A stretch of 63,917 nt of DNA, filler included, from an uncultured Methanoregulaceae archaeon (GTDB lineage Archaea > Halobacteriota > Methanomicrobia > Methanomicrobiales > Methanospirillaceae): assembly GCA_964530035.1 (NCBI GenBank). It is 9 parts of 9 records of this genome, joined end to end, with 100 filler letters (N's around TTAATTAATTAA, not from the genome) between each part and the next. Parts side by side here need not be neighbours in the genome. Positions count along the whole stretch, not along the records: positions 7,590 to 15,032 come from CAZGXZ010000131.1; positions 15,133 to 22,531 come from CAZGXZ010000132.1; 7 more parts are not named here. One strand, written 5' to 3'. Both the position numbers and the translations under genes were made by a program. Below the pieces are notes generated by a model. The model saw only the letters and a list, made by a program, of their open reading frames with translations, was not told the DNA's origin and ran no database searches. This document shows positions 9,694 through 19,876 of the stretch, one piece after another; the first letter of the stretch is position 1, and the number at the start of each line of letters is the position of its first letter.

Positions 9694-10154
9694 ACACCGG
9701 AGATCGCACGGCTGCGGCAGTCGTGATCATCTGCCTTTTCCTTGTCATCCCGATAGCCCTGGTTATCGCAGGTATAACCCCCCCCTCTCCATTCCAGACG
9801 GTGAAGGGTGAACCCCTGACCTCCGCAGCAGAACGTTCCGGGATAAAAGTGTGCAGGGTGACGGACATACCCTCTGCCGCACCGGGTATCACACTCAGCA
9901 GGGCCTACCTTGTCTCCCGTGACTGCACATCCGCGTCATCCGGGAACAGCGCAACTATCTACCTCGTGGGATTTTCAAGTGAAGGGGCCCGCGATGCAGT
10001 GATCCGGGGGTACCAGTCCCAGATCATTGGTCATACGAAGCCGGACATAACACTCGTCCCGGAGGACCAGTATCTCCTGGTCATCAGGGGGCCGCACGAC
10101 CGGGCGCTCCTGGAAAACCTTGTCGGGGCAATGAAAGCGAAAGGGGCTTCATAG
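9690..10154 (+). CDS. Membrane-anchored hypothetical protein
   Basis: N-terminal TM segment, soluble domain with two Cys; ATGA overlap with the permease; GGAGG RBS. Confidence 0.75.
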   Translation: MNTGDRTAAAVVIICLFLVIPIALVIAGITPPSPFQTVKGEPLTSAAERSGIKVCRVTDIPSAAPGITLSRAYLVSRDCTSASSGNSATIYLVGFSSEGARDAVIRGYQSQIIGHTKPDITLVPEDQYLLVIRGPHDRALLENLVGAMKAKGAS

Positions 10155-10330
10155 CCCCTCATCCACCGTGGCCGGAAACCGCGGGAATCACTTGCCGTTG
10201 ACCCTGCATTTCGTAGAATGGTAACAGCATGAAAATGCGGGCCTTCCGGCTGGAACCATCAGGACCAGGTGGCCGGACTGACAGGTCAGAGCATCGCCCG
10301 AGGGTTATGTTTTTATAGGATCATGGTATC

Positions 10331-10897
10331 ATGCCAATCACGGTGGACTGTATGGACACGCCAAGAGTGTTGTTTCTTCTGCTCGGCTTAATTGCCCTTT
10401 TGTTTGGAATACTCGCCGTGGTATTCCCTGCGGTAGTGCTGGTATCGCTCGTGATCATCGTCGGGATCATATTCCTCCTGCTCGGGATTATTACGGCCGG
10501 GATAGGGATTTCGGACGAGCCGGGTGTCCCGCGTTCCCTGTTCATCGCCGGGGGGCTCCTGGGGATCATCATCGGGCTCGTCGCCCTGATATCGCCCTAT
10601 ATTGCGGCAATAGCCATCGGGCTTATCATCGGTATCTGGATCCTCGTGACGGCGGTCGTCTCCATAAGCCGTGCCATTGCTTACAAATGGATGCCTCACC
10701 GGGTCCTCCTTGGCCTTGTCGGGGTACTGGGACTTATCATCGCGTTTTTTGTAATCTTCAACCCGGTGGGAGGCACCGTTGCCATCATGTGGGTAGTCGG
10801 GATCTATTTCATTGTCATCGGGCTCGCCGCCATCCTGGAAGGCCTGTTCCTCTGGAACAAGGCTGGTGGGGCTTCAGCCGTTGCCGCACCTGCCTGA
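10331..10897 (+). CDS. hdeD: HdeD/DUF308 family acid-resistance membrane protein
   Basis: Six hydrophobic helices with repeated G..ALLFG....FP and G.LGIIIG....SP patterns typical of DUF308. Confidence 0.8.
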   Translation: MPITVDCMDTPRVLFLLLGLIALLFGILAVVFPAVVLVSLVIIVGIIFLLLGIITAGIGISDEPGVPRSLFIAGGLLGIIIGLVALISPYIAAIAIGLIIGIWILVTAVVSISRAIAYKWMPHRVLLGLVGVLGLIIAFFVIFNPVGGTVAIMWVVGIYFIVIGLAAILEGLFLWNKAGGASAVAAPA

Positions 10898-11091
10898 AAA
10901 GACGGACTTTTCATTTTTTCAGGTCTGAAGAGGAGTCCAAAATCCAGGGACCAGGTCTGCAAATCCGTTCACAAAGAACCCCGTGATGGGTCGAGGGGCT
11001 CGTTTGAACACGAAAAGTCCGGCGGACAAAAAACAACGCCCTTAAGCAGGACAAAAGAAATCAAAAATCTAAAGGGATGTTTCCTCCCTCA

Positions 11092-11165
11092 TGGGCTCGC
11101 TGAGATTCGAACTCAGGACCTCCGCCATGTCAAGGCGACGTCATAACCAACTAGACCACGAGCCC
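11092..11165 (-). tRNA. tRNA-Val (anticodon GAC)
   Basis: Minus strand reads GGGCTCGTGGTCTAGTTGGTTATGACGTCGCCTTGACATGGCGGAGGTCCTGAGTTCGAATCTCAGCGAGCCCA. Confidence 0.96.
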
Positions 11166-11470
11166 AAGGTGACGTGCCTATATAGATCGGTCTGAAGATT
11201 ATAAAAAATATCCTTTTTTCCTTTGAAACACAGGACCGCTTCCGGGTGACAAGAGGAGTGGTTTATTCCCTGCTCTTGCGCGTTCACGAGGGTTGCATTG
11301 CTTTTCATGACTACTGTCCGGGTAGTCCGGTGGGGGGGTGTAACGCATGAGGCAGTGGGAAGATTTCCTTGAGGGGACAAAGAGCGTTCAGGTCCCTTTA
11401 GAAGCCTTGAAAAAAGGAGGAATTCCTCACGAAAAATGAGTGTCCCGGGTTGTAAGGGATTATAAGCCGT

Positions 11471-13057
11471 TTATAGTTTCACGAACTTGGCCGTGAAGAT
11501 CCCGGGCATGGAACGGATCTGGTCCATCGCCTCGGGAGGTACCTCGGAGTCGACATTGAGGACCATGATCGCTTCTTCTCCCGGGTTGATCCTGCCGACC
11601 TGCATCCCCGCGATGTTAATCTGCATGCTCCCAAGGATTGTCGAGGCACGGCCTATCACACCGGGCTTGTCGAGGTGACGGGAGACGATGACAAACCCCT
11701 CGGGGATAAAGTCCATCGTGTACTTCCCGATAGAGGTGATCCGGGCGCGGCCCTTAAAAAAGACTGTACCCGCGGTCGTTTCCTCGCCATTGTCCGTGAC
11801 GACCCGGAGGGTCAGGAGGCTCTTGAAACCGTGTGACTCGGCGGTCGTGGTCTCGGACACCGCAATACCGCGTTCCTTCGCCGCAAGCTCGGCGTTCACG
11901 ATATTAACCGGGGTCCTCAGGATCGGGTCGAGGAGCCCCTTGAGTGCCATGATGGTTATGTACTTCGTGTTGTTCTTGAGGGCGGCGAGTTCTCCCTCGT
12001 AGGTCAGCTCGACCCTTTCGACCCGCCCCTCGACCGTCTGGATCAGGAACCGGCCCATCTTCTCGGCGAGGAATGCAAACGGCTCGATTACTTCGGCGAA
12101 TTCCTGGGGCACCATAGGGGCGTTCACGGTGTACTTTGCCGAACCCCCTTTCAGGACCTCGAGGCACTGTTTTGCAACGGAAACCGACACATTGACCTGG
12201 GCTTCCACGGTGCTTGCCCCGAGGTGGGGCGTCGTGATGACCTGGTCAAGCCCGAGGAGGGGTGAGTCCTTCGGCGGCTCGTTTTCGAATACATCGAGGG
12301 CCGCACCCGCGACCTTCCCGGACTGCACCGCCCTGACGAGTGCCGCCTCGTCGATGATGCCGCCGCGTGCGCAGTTGATGATCCTCACGCCATCCTTCAT
12401 TGTCGCAATGGATGTGTCGTTGATTACGTGCTTCGTTTCCTTGGTGAGCGGGGTGTGTACGGTGATGACGTCGGACTGCCTGAAGAGCTCCTCCATCGTC
12501 ATCATTTCAACTCCTATCTGCGCAGCCCGCTCCTTGGTGGTGAAGGGGTCATAGGCGATGATCCGCATCCCCATCGCCGTTGCACGCTTTGCAATCTCAC
12601 GTCCTATCCGGCCAAGGCCTACGATTCCGAGCGTTTTTTCATTCAGCTCGACACCCATGAACTTCGACCGTTTCCACTCCCCTTTCTTGAGGGAGCTGTT
12701 TGCCTGAGGAATGTTCCTTGCCAGCGAGAGCATCATCGCCATCGTGTGTTCGGTTGCCGCGAGGGTGTTTCCCTCAGGGGCATTCGCGACGATAATCCCC
12801 TTCCGGGTGGCTGCGTCCGTGTCAATGTTGTCCACACCGGCGCCTGCACGCCCGATAAACTTCAGTTTCTTCCCCGCCTCGATTACCCTGGCGGTAACCT
12901 GGGTCCCGCTCCTGACCAGGATGGCATCATATTCACCGATATTTTTCACCAGCTCATCCTCGGAAAGCCCTATCCTGATATCGGTCTGACATTCCTTCCT
13001 GATGATGGAGAGCCCCTCTTCCGCCAGTTCATCGCCGACGAGCACTTTCCAGGTCAC
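11471..13057 (-). CDS. serA: D-3-phosphoglycerate dehydrogenase
   Basis: [31 protein letters not shown] and TPHLGAST motifs; ASB and ACT domains. Confidence 0.97.
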   Translation of the reverse strand: MTWKVLVGDELAEEGLSIIRKECQTDIRIGLSEDELVKNIGEYDAILVRSGTQVTARVIEAGKKLKFIGRAGAGVDNIDTDAATRKGIIVANAPEGNTLAATEHTMAMMLSLARNIPQANSSLKKGEWKRSKFMGVELNEKTLGIVGLGRIGREIAKRATAMGMRIIAYDPFTTKERAAQIGVEMMTMEELFRQSDVITVHTPLTKETKHVINDTSIATMKDGVRIINCARGGIIDEAALVRAVQSGKVAGAALDVFENEPPKDSPLLGLDQVITTPHLGASTVEAQVNVSVSVAKQCLEVLKGGSAKYTVNAPMVPQEFAEVIEPFAFLAEKMGRFLIQTVEGRVERVELTYEGELAALKNNTKYITIMALKGLLDPILRTPVNIVNAELAAKERGIAVSETTTAESHGFKSLLTLRVVTDNGEETTAGTVFFKGRARITSIGKYTMDFIPEGFVIVSRHLDKPGVIGRASTILGSMQINIAGMQVGRINPGEEAIMVLNVDSEVPPEAMDQIRSMPGIFTAKFVKL

Positions 13058-13224
13058 GATAAAATCCCATATTATATCAGTCCCCTCCCTCTTGATGGTT
13101 TCTGGCAGCGCGATACCCTGGGGAGCCGGATTTCAGGGTTATCTGATGGGCCCTCCGCGGACTGCCTGCAACGCCGCCCGATACGGTTATGCGGATGGAT
13201 GGAGAACGGGTAAGTGGTGCGTGC

Positions 13225-15032
13225 ATGAAAGGAGTTCCCAACATCCTGTGGCTTGCAGAAATCCGGAAAGAGGACATCGGAGCGGTCGGTGGAAAGGGTG
13301 CGTCGCTCGGAGAGATGGCCTCGATCGGCCTCCCGGTGCCGCCGGCATTCGTGGTTACCGGGCATGCCTTCCGGCGTTTCCTCAACGAGACCAGGCTCGA
13401 CAAGGTGATATTCCCCACCCTTGAACGGCTCGACGTCGAGGACAACAACAAGCTCGAGAAAGCCGCAGAGGACGCGAAATCAGCGGTCATGGGAGGGAAG
13501 CTCCCTGCTGCCATCGAGGCCGAGATACGGTCGGCCTACAGGAAGATGGGTGAAGGGACCGTGGTCGCGGTCAGGTCAAGCGCAACCGCCGAGGACCTCC
13601 CTGATGCATCGTTCGCAGGTCAGCAGGAGACGTTTCTCAATATAAAAGGCGAAGACAACGTCGTTGAAGCGGTCAGGAAGTGCTGGGCCTCCCTCTATGG
13701 GGCGAGGGCCATCTATTACCGGACAAAGCAGGGATTTGACCATTCAGGGGTCAACATCGCGGTCGTTGTCCAGGAGCTCATCAACTCGGAGAAGGCGGGA
13801 GTGATGTTCACCTCCCATCCGGTCACGGGGGAACCCCTTACCATCATCGAGGGATCGTACGGTCTTGGTGAAGCAGTCGTTTCCGGCTCGGTCTCGCCCG
13901 ACAAGTACGTCTTCGACCAGCGCTCCGAGCGCGTCATCGATCACCTTGTTGCCCACAAGGCCATCGAGATCGTTGCTGACGGAGACCACGGGACGAAGAC
14001 CGTTGCGATAGGCAAGGACCGGGCCGACGCCCAGGTCCTGTCAGACGAAGAAGTCAAGCGGCTTGCCTCCTTCGGCAGGATTTCAGAAGGCCACTACGGC
14101 ATACCGCAGGACGTCGAGTGGAGTATTGTCGGGTCCACCCTCTATATCCTTCAGTCCCGGCCGATAACCACCATCAAGGAATCCTCCAGGATGACTCCCT
14201 CTGAACCGACCCACACGGGAAACACGATCCTGGTCAAGGGCCAGGGTGCCTCACCCGGTGTCGCATCCGGGAGGGTCGTCCTCATCTATGATGCCAAGGA
14301 CACCGGCAAGGTGAACGAGGGTGATATCCTGGTAACCCGGATGACCAACCCGGACATGGTCCCGGCCATGAGAAAGGTCGCCGCCATCGTTACCGACGAG
14401 GGTGGCATGACCTGCCATGCGGCCATCGTGTCCCGTGAACTGGGGACCCCGGCGGTCGTCGGGACGAGAAATGCGACCGCGACCCTGAAGGCCGGGCAGC
14501 TCGTCACGGTCGACGGGGAGAAGGGTTTTGTCTATGACGGTGCCGTTGAAAAGCCCGCCCAACAGGAGAAGACGACGGTCGTTGCAGCACAGGCCCCCAT
14601 CATCACCGCGACGAAGGTGAAGGTCAACGTATCCATGCCTGAAGCGGCAAAGCGGGCCGCGGCAACCGGTGCCGACGGTGTCGGTCTCCTGAGGATCGAA
14701 CACCTGATACTCGGTCTCAACAGGACCCCGGGCTGGTATATCACGAACCACCGCGAGGAGGAGTTCATCAACGAGCTCTATTCCGGGATAAAGACCGTCC
14801 TTGACGCATTCTATGGCAAGCCCGTCTGGGTCAGGACGCTCGACGCACCCACCGACGAGCTCAGGAACATGGAGGGCGGGGAGACCGAACCCCATGAGCA
14901 CAACCCGATGCTTGGCTGGAGGGGTATCAGGCGGGACATCCGCTCTCCTGACCAGTTCAGGCTCCAGGTCGAGGTATTCAAACGGCTCTGGGAACAGGGG
15001 TACGAGGACCTCGGGGTCATGTTCCCGATGGT
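13225..15032 (+). CDS. ppsA: Phosphoenolpyruvate synthase, 3'-truncated
   Basis: VGGKGASLGEM, AVRSSATAEDLPDASFAGQQET, GGMTCHAAIVSRELG and EHNPMLGWRGIR motifs. Confidence 0.97.
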
Positions 15033-15132
15033 NNNNNNNNNNNNNNNNNNNNNNNNNNNNNNNNNNNNNNNNNNNNTTAATTAATTAANNNNNNNNNNNN
15101 NNNNNNNNNNNNNNNNNNNNNNNNNNNNNNNN

Positions 15133-15439
15133 AGAAAATGCCATCCTGTCCGCCCTCGAAGAGGCAGGTATTCCTTGCGAGAAGGTAATGGTATATGCAT
15201 CAACCTCCATGAAGTCCCACGAGTCGGGCCTGATTGACGGTGTCCGCAGCGTCGGTGGAGTCCTGGTCTTTGTCCCGGACGATGCTCTCATGGACGCCGG
15301 AGGAGTGTCGCAGTCTGAAGCAGTTCGAATCGGGCTCCCCGGTGTTGCGGAACCCTGTGCTCTTGCAGTTTCAAGAAAGAAGGAGATTGTCATGCAGAAA
15401 CAGGCGTATGGAGGGGTTACCATTGCCATCGCACGGTGA
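15133..15439 (+). CDS. cbiG: Cobalamin biosynthesis protein CbiG, C-terminal fragment
   Basis: KSHESGL...S....RIGLPGVAEPCAL......KQAYGGVTIAIAR. Confidence 0.88.
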
Positions 15440-16211
15440 ACAAAAAAACCATGGAAAATTGTACATTGTCGGGATAGGACCTGGGAACCCCGGGCAGATG
15501 ACTGGTGACGCAACGAGGGCCATCCAGGACTCCGAGATCATCATAGGGAATGCCGGATACCTGGACCAGATAGCATGGCTTACAGGCGGAAAGAAAGTGA
15601 TAAGGTCTTCGATGGGACATGAAGTGGAACGTGCCCGTGAAGCCGTGAGAATGGCCTCTGAATCCAGAGTGGCCATGGTAAGCGGGGGAGATCCGGGGGT
15701 ATACGGCATGGCAAGCATAGTCCTCGAGGTCGTTGATAACATGGGAAGCAGCATCCAGGTGGAGGTAATACCCGGTGTCACGGCCGCTACTGCAGCCGCA
15801 GCCCTTGTGGGATCTCCCCTGTCGGGTGATTTTGCCGTTGTCTCCCTGTCTGACCTCCTGACTCCCTGGGACGTAATCGAACACCGCCTGCGGGCTGTCA
15901 CAGGTGCGGGTATGCCGTTGGTACTGTACAATCCAAGGAGCAGGACCCGGTCTGCGAACTTTGGTCGCGCGATGAAGATAATCCTTGATTCTTTACCGGG
16001 TTCAACACCCATGGCTGTGGTCAGGGAGGCCCACCGGGAGGGTGAACAGGTCATTACCTTGACGGCAGGCGAGTGGGAGACCGTCGAGGAGTTTGTCGAC
16101 ATGCACACCGTTGTCATCATTGGAAGCGAAGAAACGAGGTTCTGGAGAAATGGGAATGAAACCAGAGGAATTATCACCCCGCGGGGATATCACAGGAAAT
16201 ACGTATACTGA
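15423..16211 (+). CDS. cbiH: Cobalt-precorrin-3B C17-methyltransferase
   Basis: GKLYIVGIGPG, VSGGDPGVYG, SLSDLLTPW, LYNPRS, DMHTVVIIG and IITPRGY motifs; start (TTG 15423) is approximate. Confidence 0.93.
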   Translation: MPSHGEQKNHGKLYIVGIGPGNPGQMTGDATRAIQDSEIIIGNAGYLDQIAWLTGGKKVIRSSMGHEVERAREAVRMASESRVAMVSGGDPGVYGMASIVLEVVDNMGSSIQVEVIPGVTAATAAAALVGSPLSGDFAVVSLSDLLTPWDVIEHRLRAVTGAGMPLVLYNPRSRTRSANFGRAMKIILDSLPGSTPMAVVREAHREGEQVITLTAGEWETVEEFVDMHTVVIIGSEETRFWRNGNETRGIITPRGYHRKYVY

Positions 16212-16836
16212 TCTCGGGGCAGATACTGTCGAAGGGTATGCCATCTCGACCCGTTCCAGGGCCATCGCAAGGGAGGTGGTGGGAGACACCACCCCTGAAG
16301 ACCGCGTAAGGCAACGGTGCTCAGTGGCCGTGGGAGATTTTGAAATGGCCGCGCTTCTCCGCTTTGTGCACGACCCGGTCTCTGCCGGCGTCCTGGCCCT
16401 TCGAAACGTGGCCCCGATCATCACCGACATCAGGATGGTGGAGGTGGGAATACAGAAAAAAAGGCACAAATCTCCGGTCATCTGTGCCCTCGACCATGCG
16501 GCCGGCTGGAAGCAGGGCTCTGGCGGGATCACCCGGACTTCGGCCGGGTTCCTTGCCTTGTCAGGCCGCCTTGACGGCGCAGTCGTGGTTATCGGAAATG
16601 CACCCTCGGCGCTCCTCGTGCTCTGCCGGCTCATCAGGGAACAGGGGGTACGGCCTGCACTGGTGATCGGTTCCCCCGTGGGATTCGTGAATGCTGCGGA
16701 GTCGAAGGAAGAGCTCCGCGGTACCGCCATACCTTCGATCAGCACCGAGGGGACCCGGGGAGGGACACCCGTTGCGGTTGCGGCCATGAACGAGATCATA
16801 ACCATCCATGCAGAACAACAAGGCACAAGGGACTAA
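16156..16836 (+). CDS. cbiC: Cobalt-precorrin-8 methylmutase
   Basis: ITDIRMV..G, TRTSAG, VIGNAPSAL, PVGFVNAAESKE and GTRGGTPVAVAA.N motifs. Confidence 0.93.
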   Translation: MKPEELSPRGDITGNTYTDLGADTVEGYAISTRSRAIAREVVGDTTPEDRVRQRCSVAVGDFEMAALLRFVHDPVSAGVLALRNVAPIITDIRMVEVGIQKKRHKSPVICALDHAAGWKQGSGGITRTSAGFLALSGRLDGAVVVIGNAPSALLVLCRLIREQGVRPALVIGSPVGFVNAAESKEELRGTAIPSISTEGTRGGTPVAVAAMNEIITIHAEQQGTRD

Positions 16837-17857
16837 AATCGGCACCGGATCTGTTGTAGATCCCGTATCCGGATTCAGATATCCCCTTGAGTGGGTAAAT
16901 GCGTGTCAGGACGTCGCCGCCCTTGACAGGGTCCGCCAGGGCCTCTCGGTCCTCACCGCAGGTGGGCTGGTACTGTCGCGGGGGTACTCAACCGGCACCA
17001 CGGCGGCTGCAGCGGCAAAAGCGGCGGTAATTTCACTCATCCGTCCTGTAGCCGTCGTCAGGGTCATCACGCCAAGCAGAGTGGCGGTCAGGGTCCCTGT
17101 GGTGGGCAGGGATGGAACCGCCTGTTCCTTCAAGGAATCAGGTGACCACCCGTCAGACATAACCGCCGGCCTGGAGATTGTTGCTGAAGCCTTTCTCAGC
17201 GAGGAAGGTTGTAAAATCGAATACAGCGAAGGTGTGGGGCGATTTCAACGGGCAACACCCCGTTATCGGGCGGGCGATCCCGCGGTCAGCCCACCGGCTG
17301 CCGCCTGTATCCTCGGTGCTGTACGCGAAGCGCTTTCTGAATCAGGGTTTTCAGGTGTGAAGGTTGTTATCCGTGTCCCTGACGGAAGGGAGATTGCAAA
17401 AAAGACCCTGAACGAACGGGTGGGGGTTTTTAATGGCCTTTCAATCCTCGGGACAACCGGTTTTGTCGAGCCATGGGACGACCACCTCTCCGAGTCGGTC
17501 TGGGAGAGAATAGGGTCGTCGGACCGCCTGGTGCTCACCACCGGTCGTATAGGGATGAAGTACAGCCGGATGCTGTATCCTGACCGGGATGTCATCCTGA
17601 TTGGGTCCCGCATCGGCGATGCCCTGGACCGGTCTCCGGAAGGGACCATCCTCTGTGGACTTCCTGGTTTGATTCTGAGGTTCATGGACACGGATATCTG
17701 CATAGGGACATCGCATGGCACGGTAGAGGAGCTCATGGAAGACTCTTCATGCCGTGAAAGGGTGAATTCCTGTCTCATGCGCTACAGGGAACGATATCCT
17801 CACGTGACCGTGGTCCTCCTGGACCGCGATGGAGGGATTGCGGGGATGTCCCCATGA
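16808..17857 (+). CDS. cbiD: Cobalt-precorrin-5B C1-methyltransferase
   Basis: RGYSTGTTAAAAAKAA, KESGDHPSDIT and TLNERVGVFNGLSILGTTGFVEP motifs. Confidence 0.93.
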   Translation: MQNNKAQGTKIGTGSVVDPVSGFRYPLEWVNACQDVAALDRVRQGLSVLTAGGLVLSRGYSTGTTAAAAAKAAVISLIRPVAVVRVITPSRVAVRVPVVGRDGTACSFKESGDHPSDITAGLEIVAEAFLSEEGCKIEYSEGVGRFQRATPRYRAGDPAVSPPAAACILGAVREALSESGFSGVKVVIRVPDGREIAKKTLNERVGVFNGLSILGTTGFVEPWDDHLSESVWERIGSSDRLVLTTGRIGMKYSRMLYPDRDVILIGSRIGDALDRSPEGTILCGLPGLILRFMDTDICIGTSHGTVEELMEDSSCRERVNSCLMRYRERYPHVTVVLLDRDGGIAGMSP

Positions 17858-18435
17858 AGGTCGTGGGAGTAGGGTGCGGGCCAGGGATGCTGACTGGGGA
17901 GGCGATCAAGGTTATCAGGTCCGCCCGCCATGTTGCCGGTTCAAAGAGGGCCATTGAGATTGCTCAGGAGTACATCCCGGAAGGTGTGAGGGCTGAGGTT
18001 ATTTCAGACTATACCTGTGTTTCACGGTACCCCCCCGGAACGGTCATCCTTTCCACCGGTGATCCGATGCTTGCAGGTCTTGGAAAATCAGCATCGGTGG
18101 TCGTCCCAGGGATCTCCTCCTTTCAGATAGCGACCGCCAGGTTGAAAATCCCCCAGGAGTCCTGCCTTATCATTGACGCACACGGAAAGGATATTTGTTC
18201 AGTCCTGGATTCTGCACGTCTGGGTCTTGGTTCAGGTCGCAACCTTTTCCTCCTTGCAGACCCGGGTTCAGACCTGGTGTCATTCTTCAAGGCACTGGAG
18301 GCAGGACATGGAGATCTCCAGGTCGCGGTCCTCGATAACCTCGGGTACCCTGATGAATCAATTGCCCGAGGGACGGTGACATGCCCTCCAAAACCGATCT
18401 CCCGGTTGTATTGCATTGTTATTGGAATATTTTAA
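17854..18435 (+). CDS. cbiE: Cobalt-precorrin-7 C5-methyltransferase
   Basis: KVVGVGCGPG, LSTGDPMLAG, PGISSFQ and NLGYPDESI motifs. Confidence 0.9.
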   Translation: MKVVGVGCGPGMLTGEAIKVIRSARHVAGSKRAIEIAQEYIPEGVRAEVISDYTCVSRYPPGTVILSTGDPMLAGLGKSASVVVPGISSFQIATARLKIPQESCLIIDAHGKDICSVLDSARLGLGSGRNLFLLADPGSDLVSFFKALEAGHGDLQVAVLDNLGYPDESIARGTVTCPPKPISRLYCIVIGIF

Positions 18436-18540
18436 GCAGTTCCATGGTAAAATGTACTTTTGTCAGCCATATCCGGCCTGAGATTCAAAGGGAATAATCC
18501 TGCTCAGGCTGTATGAGAAACCGGTTGCCAGGTGTATCCG

Positions 18541-18720
18541 ATGGACAAAAAAATTAAAAACGGGCTTTCACTCATTTGTTTTGTTGCAGGTTTCATACTT
18601 GTCATGACCCAGGACCTGCGCCAGTTTTCGACGATGTCTTTCGGTTTTTCCTGGCCTTATGCCGCCATGTTCTACCTCGGGCTTCTCCTGATGGCCTTTG
18701 GGTACTATCTCCGCGGGTGA
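18541..18720 (+). CDS. Small two-TM membrane protein
   Basis: MDKKIKNGLSLICFVAGFILV...YAAMFYLGLLLMAFGYYLRG. Confidence 0.6.
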   Translation: MDKKIKNGLSLICFVAGFILVMTQDLRQFSTMSFGFSWPYAAMFYLGLLLMAFGYYLRG

Positions 18721-18855
18721 ATGCTCGCCAAAGGGGCTGTCAACCCGGGTATCAAGACCGGGTATCAAGAAAGGGAACTCTTCGAGGGATCTTTCATCCA
18801 GTCGTTCCGGCCTGCGGGAAGATCACCTCGTTTCCCTTGACAATCCATCCGTATC

Positions 18856-19770
18856 CTAGTCACCCAGGCAGACCCTCCCGTTTTCGACCTTGACAAGATT
18901 ATCCTGTACCAATGAGGCAACAATATTGTCCATGCGGTCCATGGGCACACCAGATATCCCGGCAAGGTCTGATATACCTGTTTCCCCTGCCGCAAGGAGG
19001 TGGGAGAGGACCATTCCGCGGATTTTCCTGTCAGACCCTGAAAAAGGTTTCTGACGCGAATAATGCGCACTTCTCCGGTTTGGGTTCTGGACTGACGATC
19101 CTATCTGCGCTCCAAGGTCCATGAGTGCATAGTACCAGTGCCGTGGATTGGTGGCATCAAGAGAAGCCCCGACCAGGGGGAGGATCTCCCTGTCCGCAAT
19201 ATCCTGAGCCCCGGGAAAGAACGTATACAGAAAGACCCGCCTGATATTGGTCTCCACGAAAACAACAGGGACCTGGTATGCAAAAGCAGCGATTGAACAC
19301 GCTGTTGCATGTCCGATTTGGGGTAATGACGCAAGTACTTCCGGATTGGATGGGAGGGTGCCACCCATCTCTGTGGTTATGGTCTGCGCTGTCTGCAGAA
19401 GCGCGCGGGCACGGCGGTTGTAACCAAGGCCTTTCCAGGCCGCGAGGACCTCGGAAAAAGATGCAGCCGCCAGGGTCTCAAAGTCAGGGAAGCGCGAGAT
19501 GAACTCAGGGAACTGCTTGAGGACCCTTGGGACCTGTGTCTGCTGGAGCATGATTTCTGAAACCAGAACGTTGTATGGGCTTGGGTCTGACCGCCAGGGC
19601 ATCTCCCGGGAATGAGCCCTGTAAAAATCATGGACCTCCTCCCGGAACTGCGGGACCAGTTCATCCGGAACACAGCCTGCCAGGACTTTTTCTGCGATGC
19701 TGCTGATCCCTGCAGGAATACCCTGGCAACCGGCGGTACCGGGCACTTCTTTCTCTGGCATCTCTCTCAT
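18856..19770 (-). CDS. mutY: MutY-like HhH-GPD adenine glycosylase lacking the [4Fe-4S] motif
   Basis: R.MPWR, PYNVLVSEIMLQQTQV, W.GLGYNRRA, HhH LPQIG..TA and ALMDLG motifs; no Cys cluster; start uncertain. Confidence 0.85.
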   Translation of the reverse strand: MREMPEKEVPGTAGCQGIPAGISSIAEKVLAGCVPDELVPQFREEVHDFYRAHSREMPWRSDPSPYNVLVSEIMLQQTQVPRVLKQFPEFISRFPDFETLAAASFSEVLAAWKGLGYNRRARALLQTAQTITTEMGGTLPSNPEVLASLPQIGHATACSIAAFAYQVPVVFVETNIRRVFLYTFFPGAQDIADREILPLVGASLDATNPRHWYYALMDLGAQIGSSVQNPNRRSAHYSRQKPFSGSDRKIRGMVLSHLLAAGETGISDLAGISGVPMDRMDNIVASLVQDNLVKVENGRVCLGD

Positions 19771-19876
19771 TCCTCTGGATAGGCGCCCGGATAACCCTTC
19801 ATATCCTGTCACCAGATATGAATGTATGATCGCTCCGGCTGCAGACCCCTTTCATATAGAGACCAACCATCCGGGT

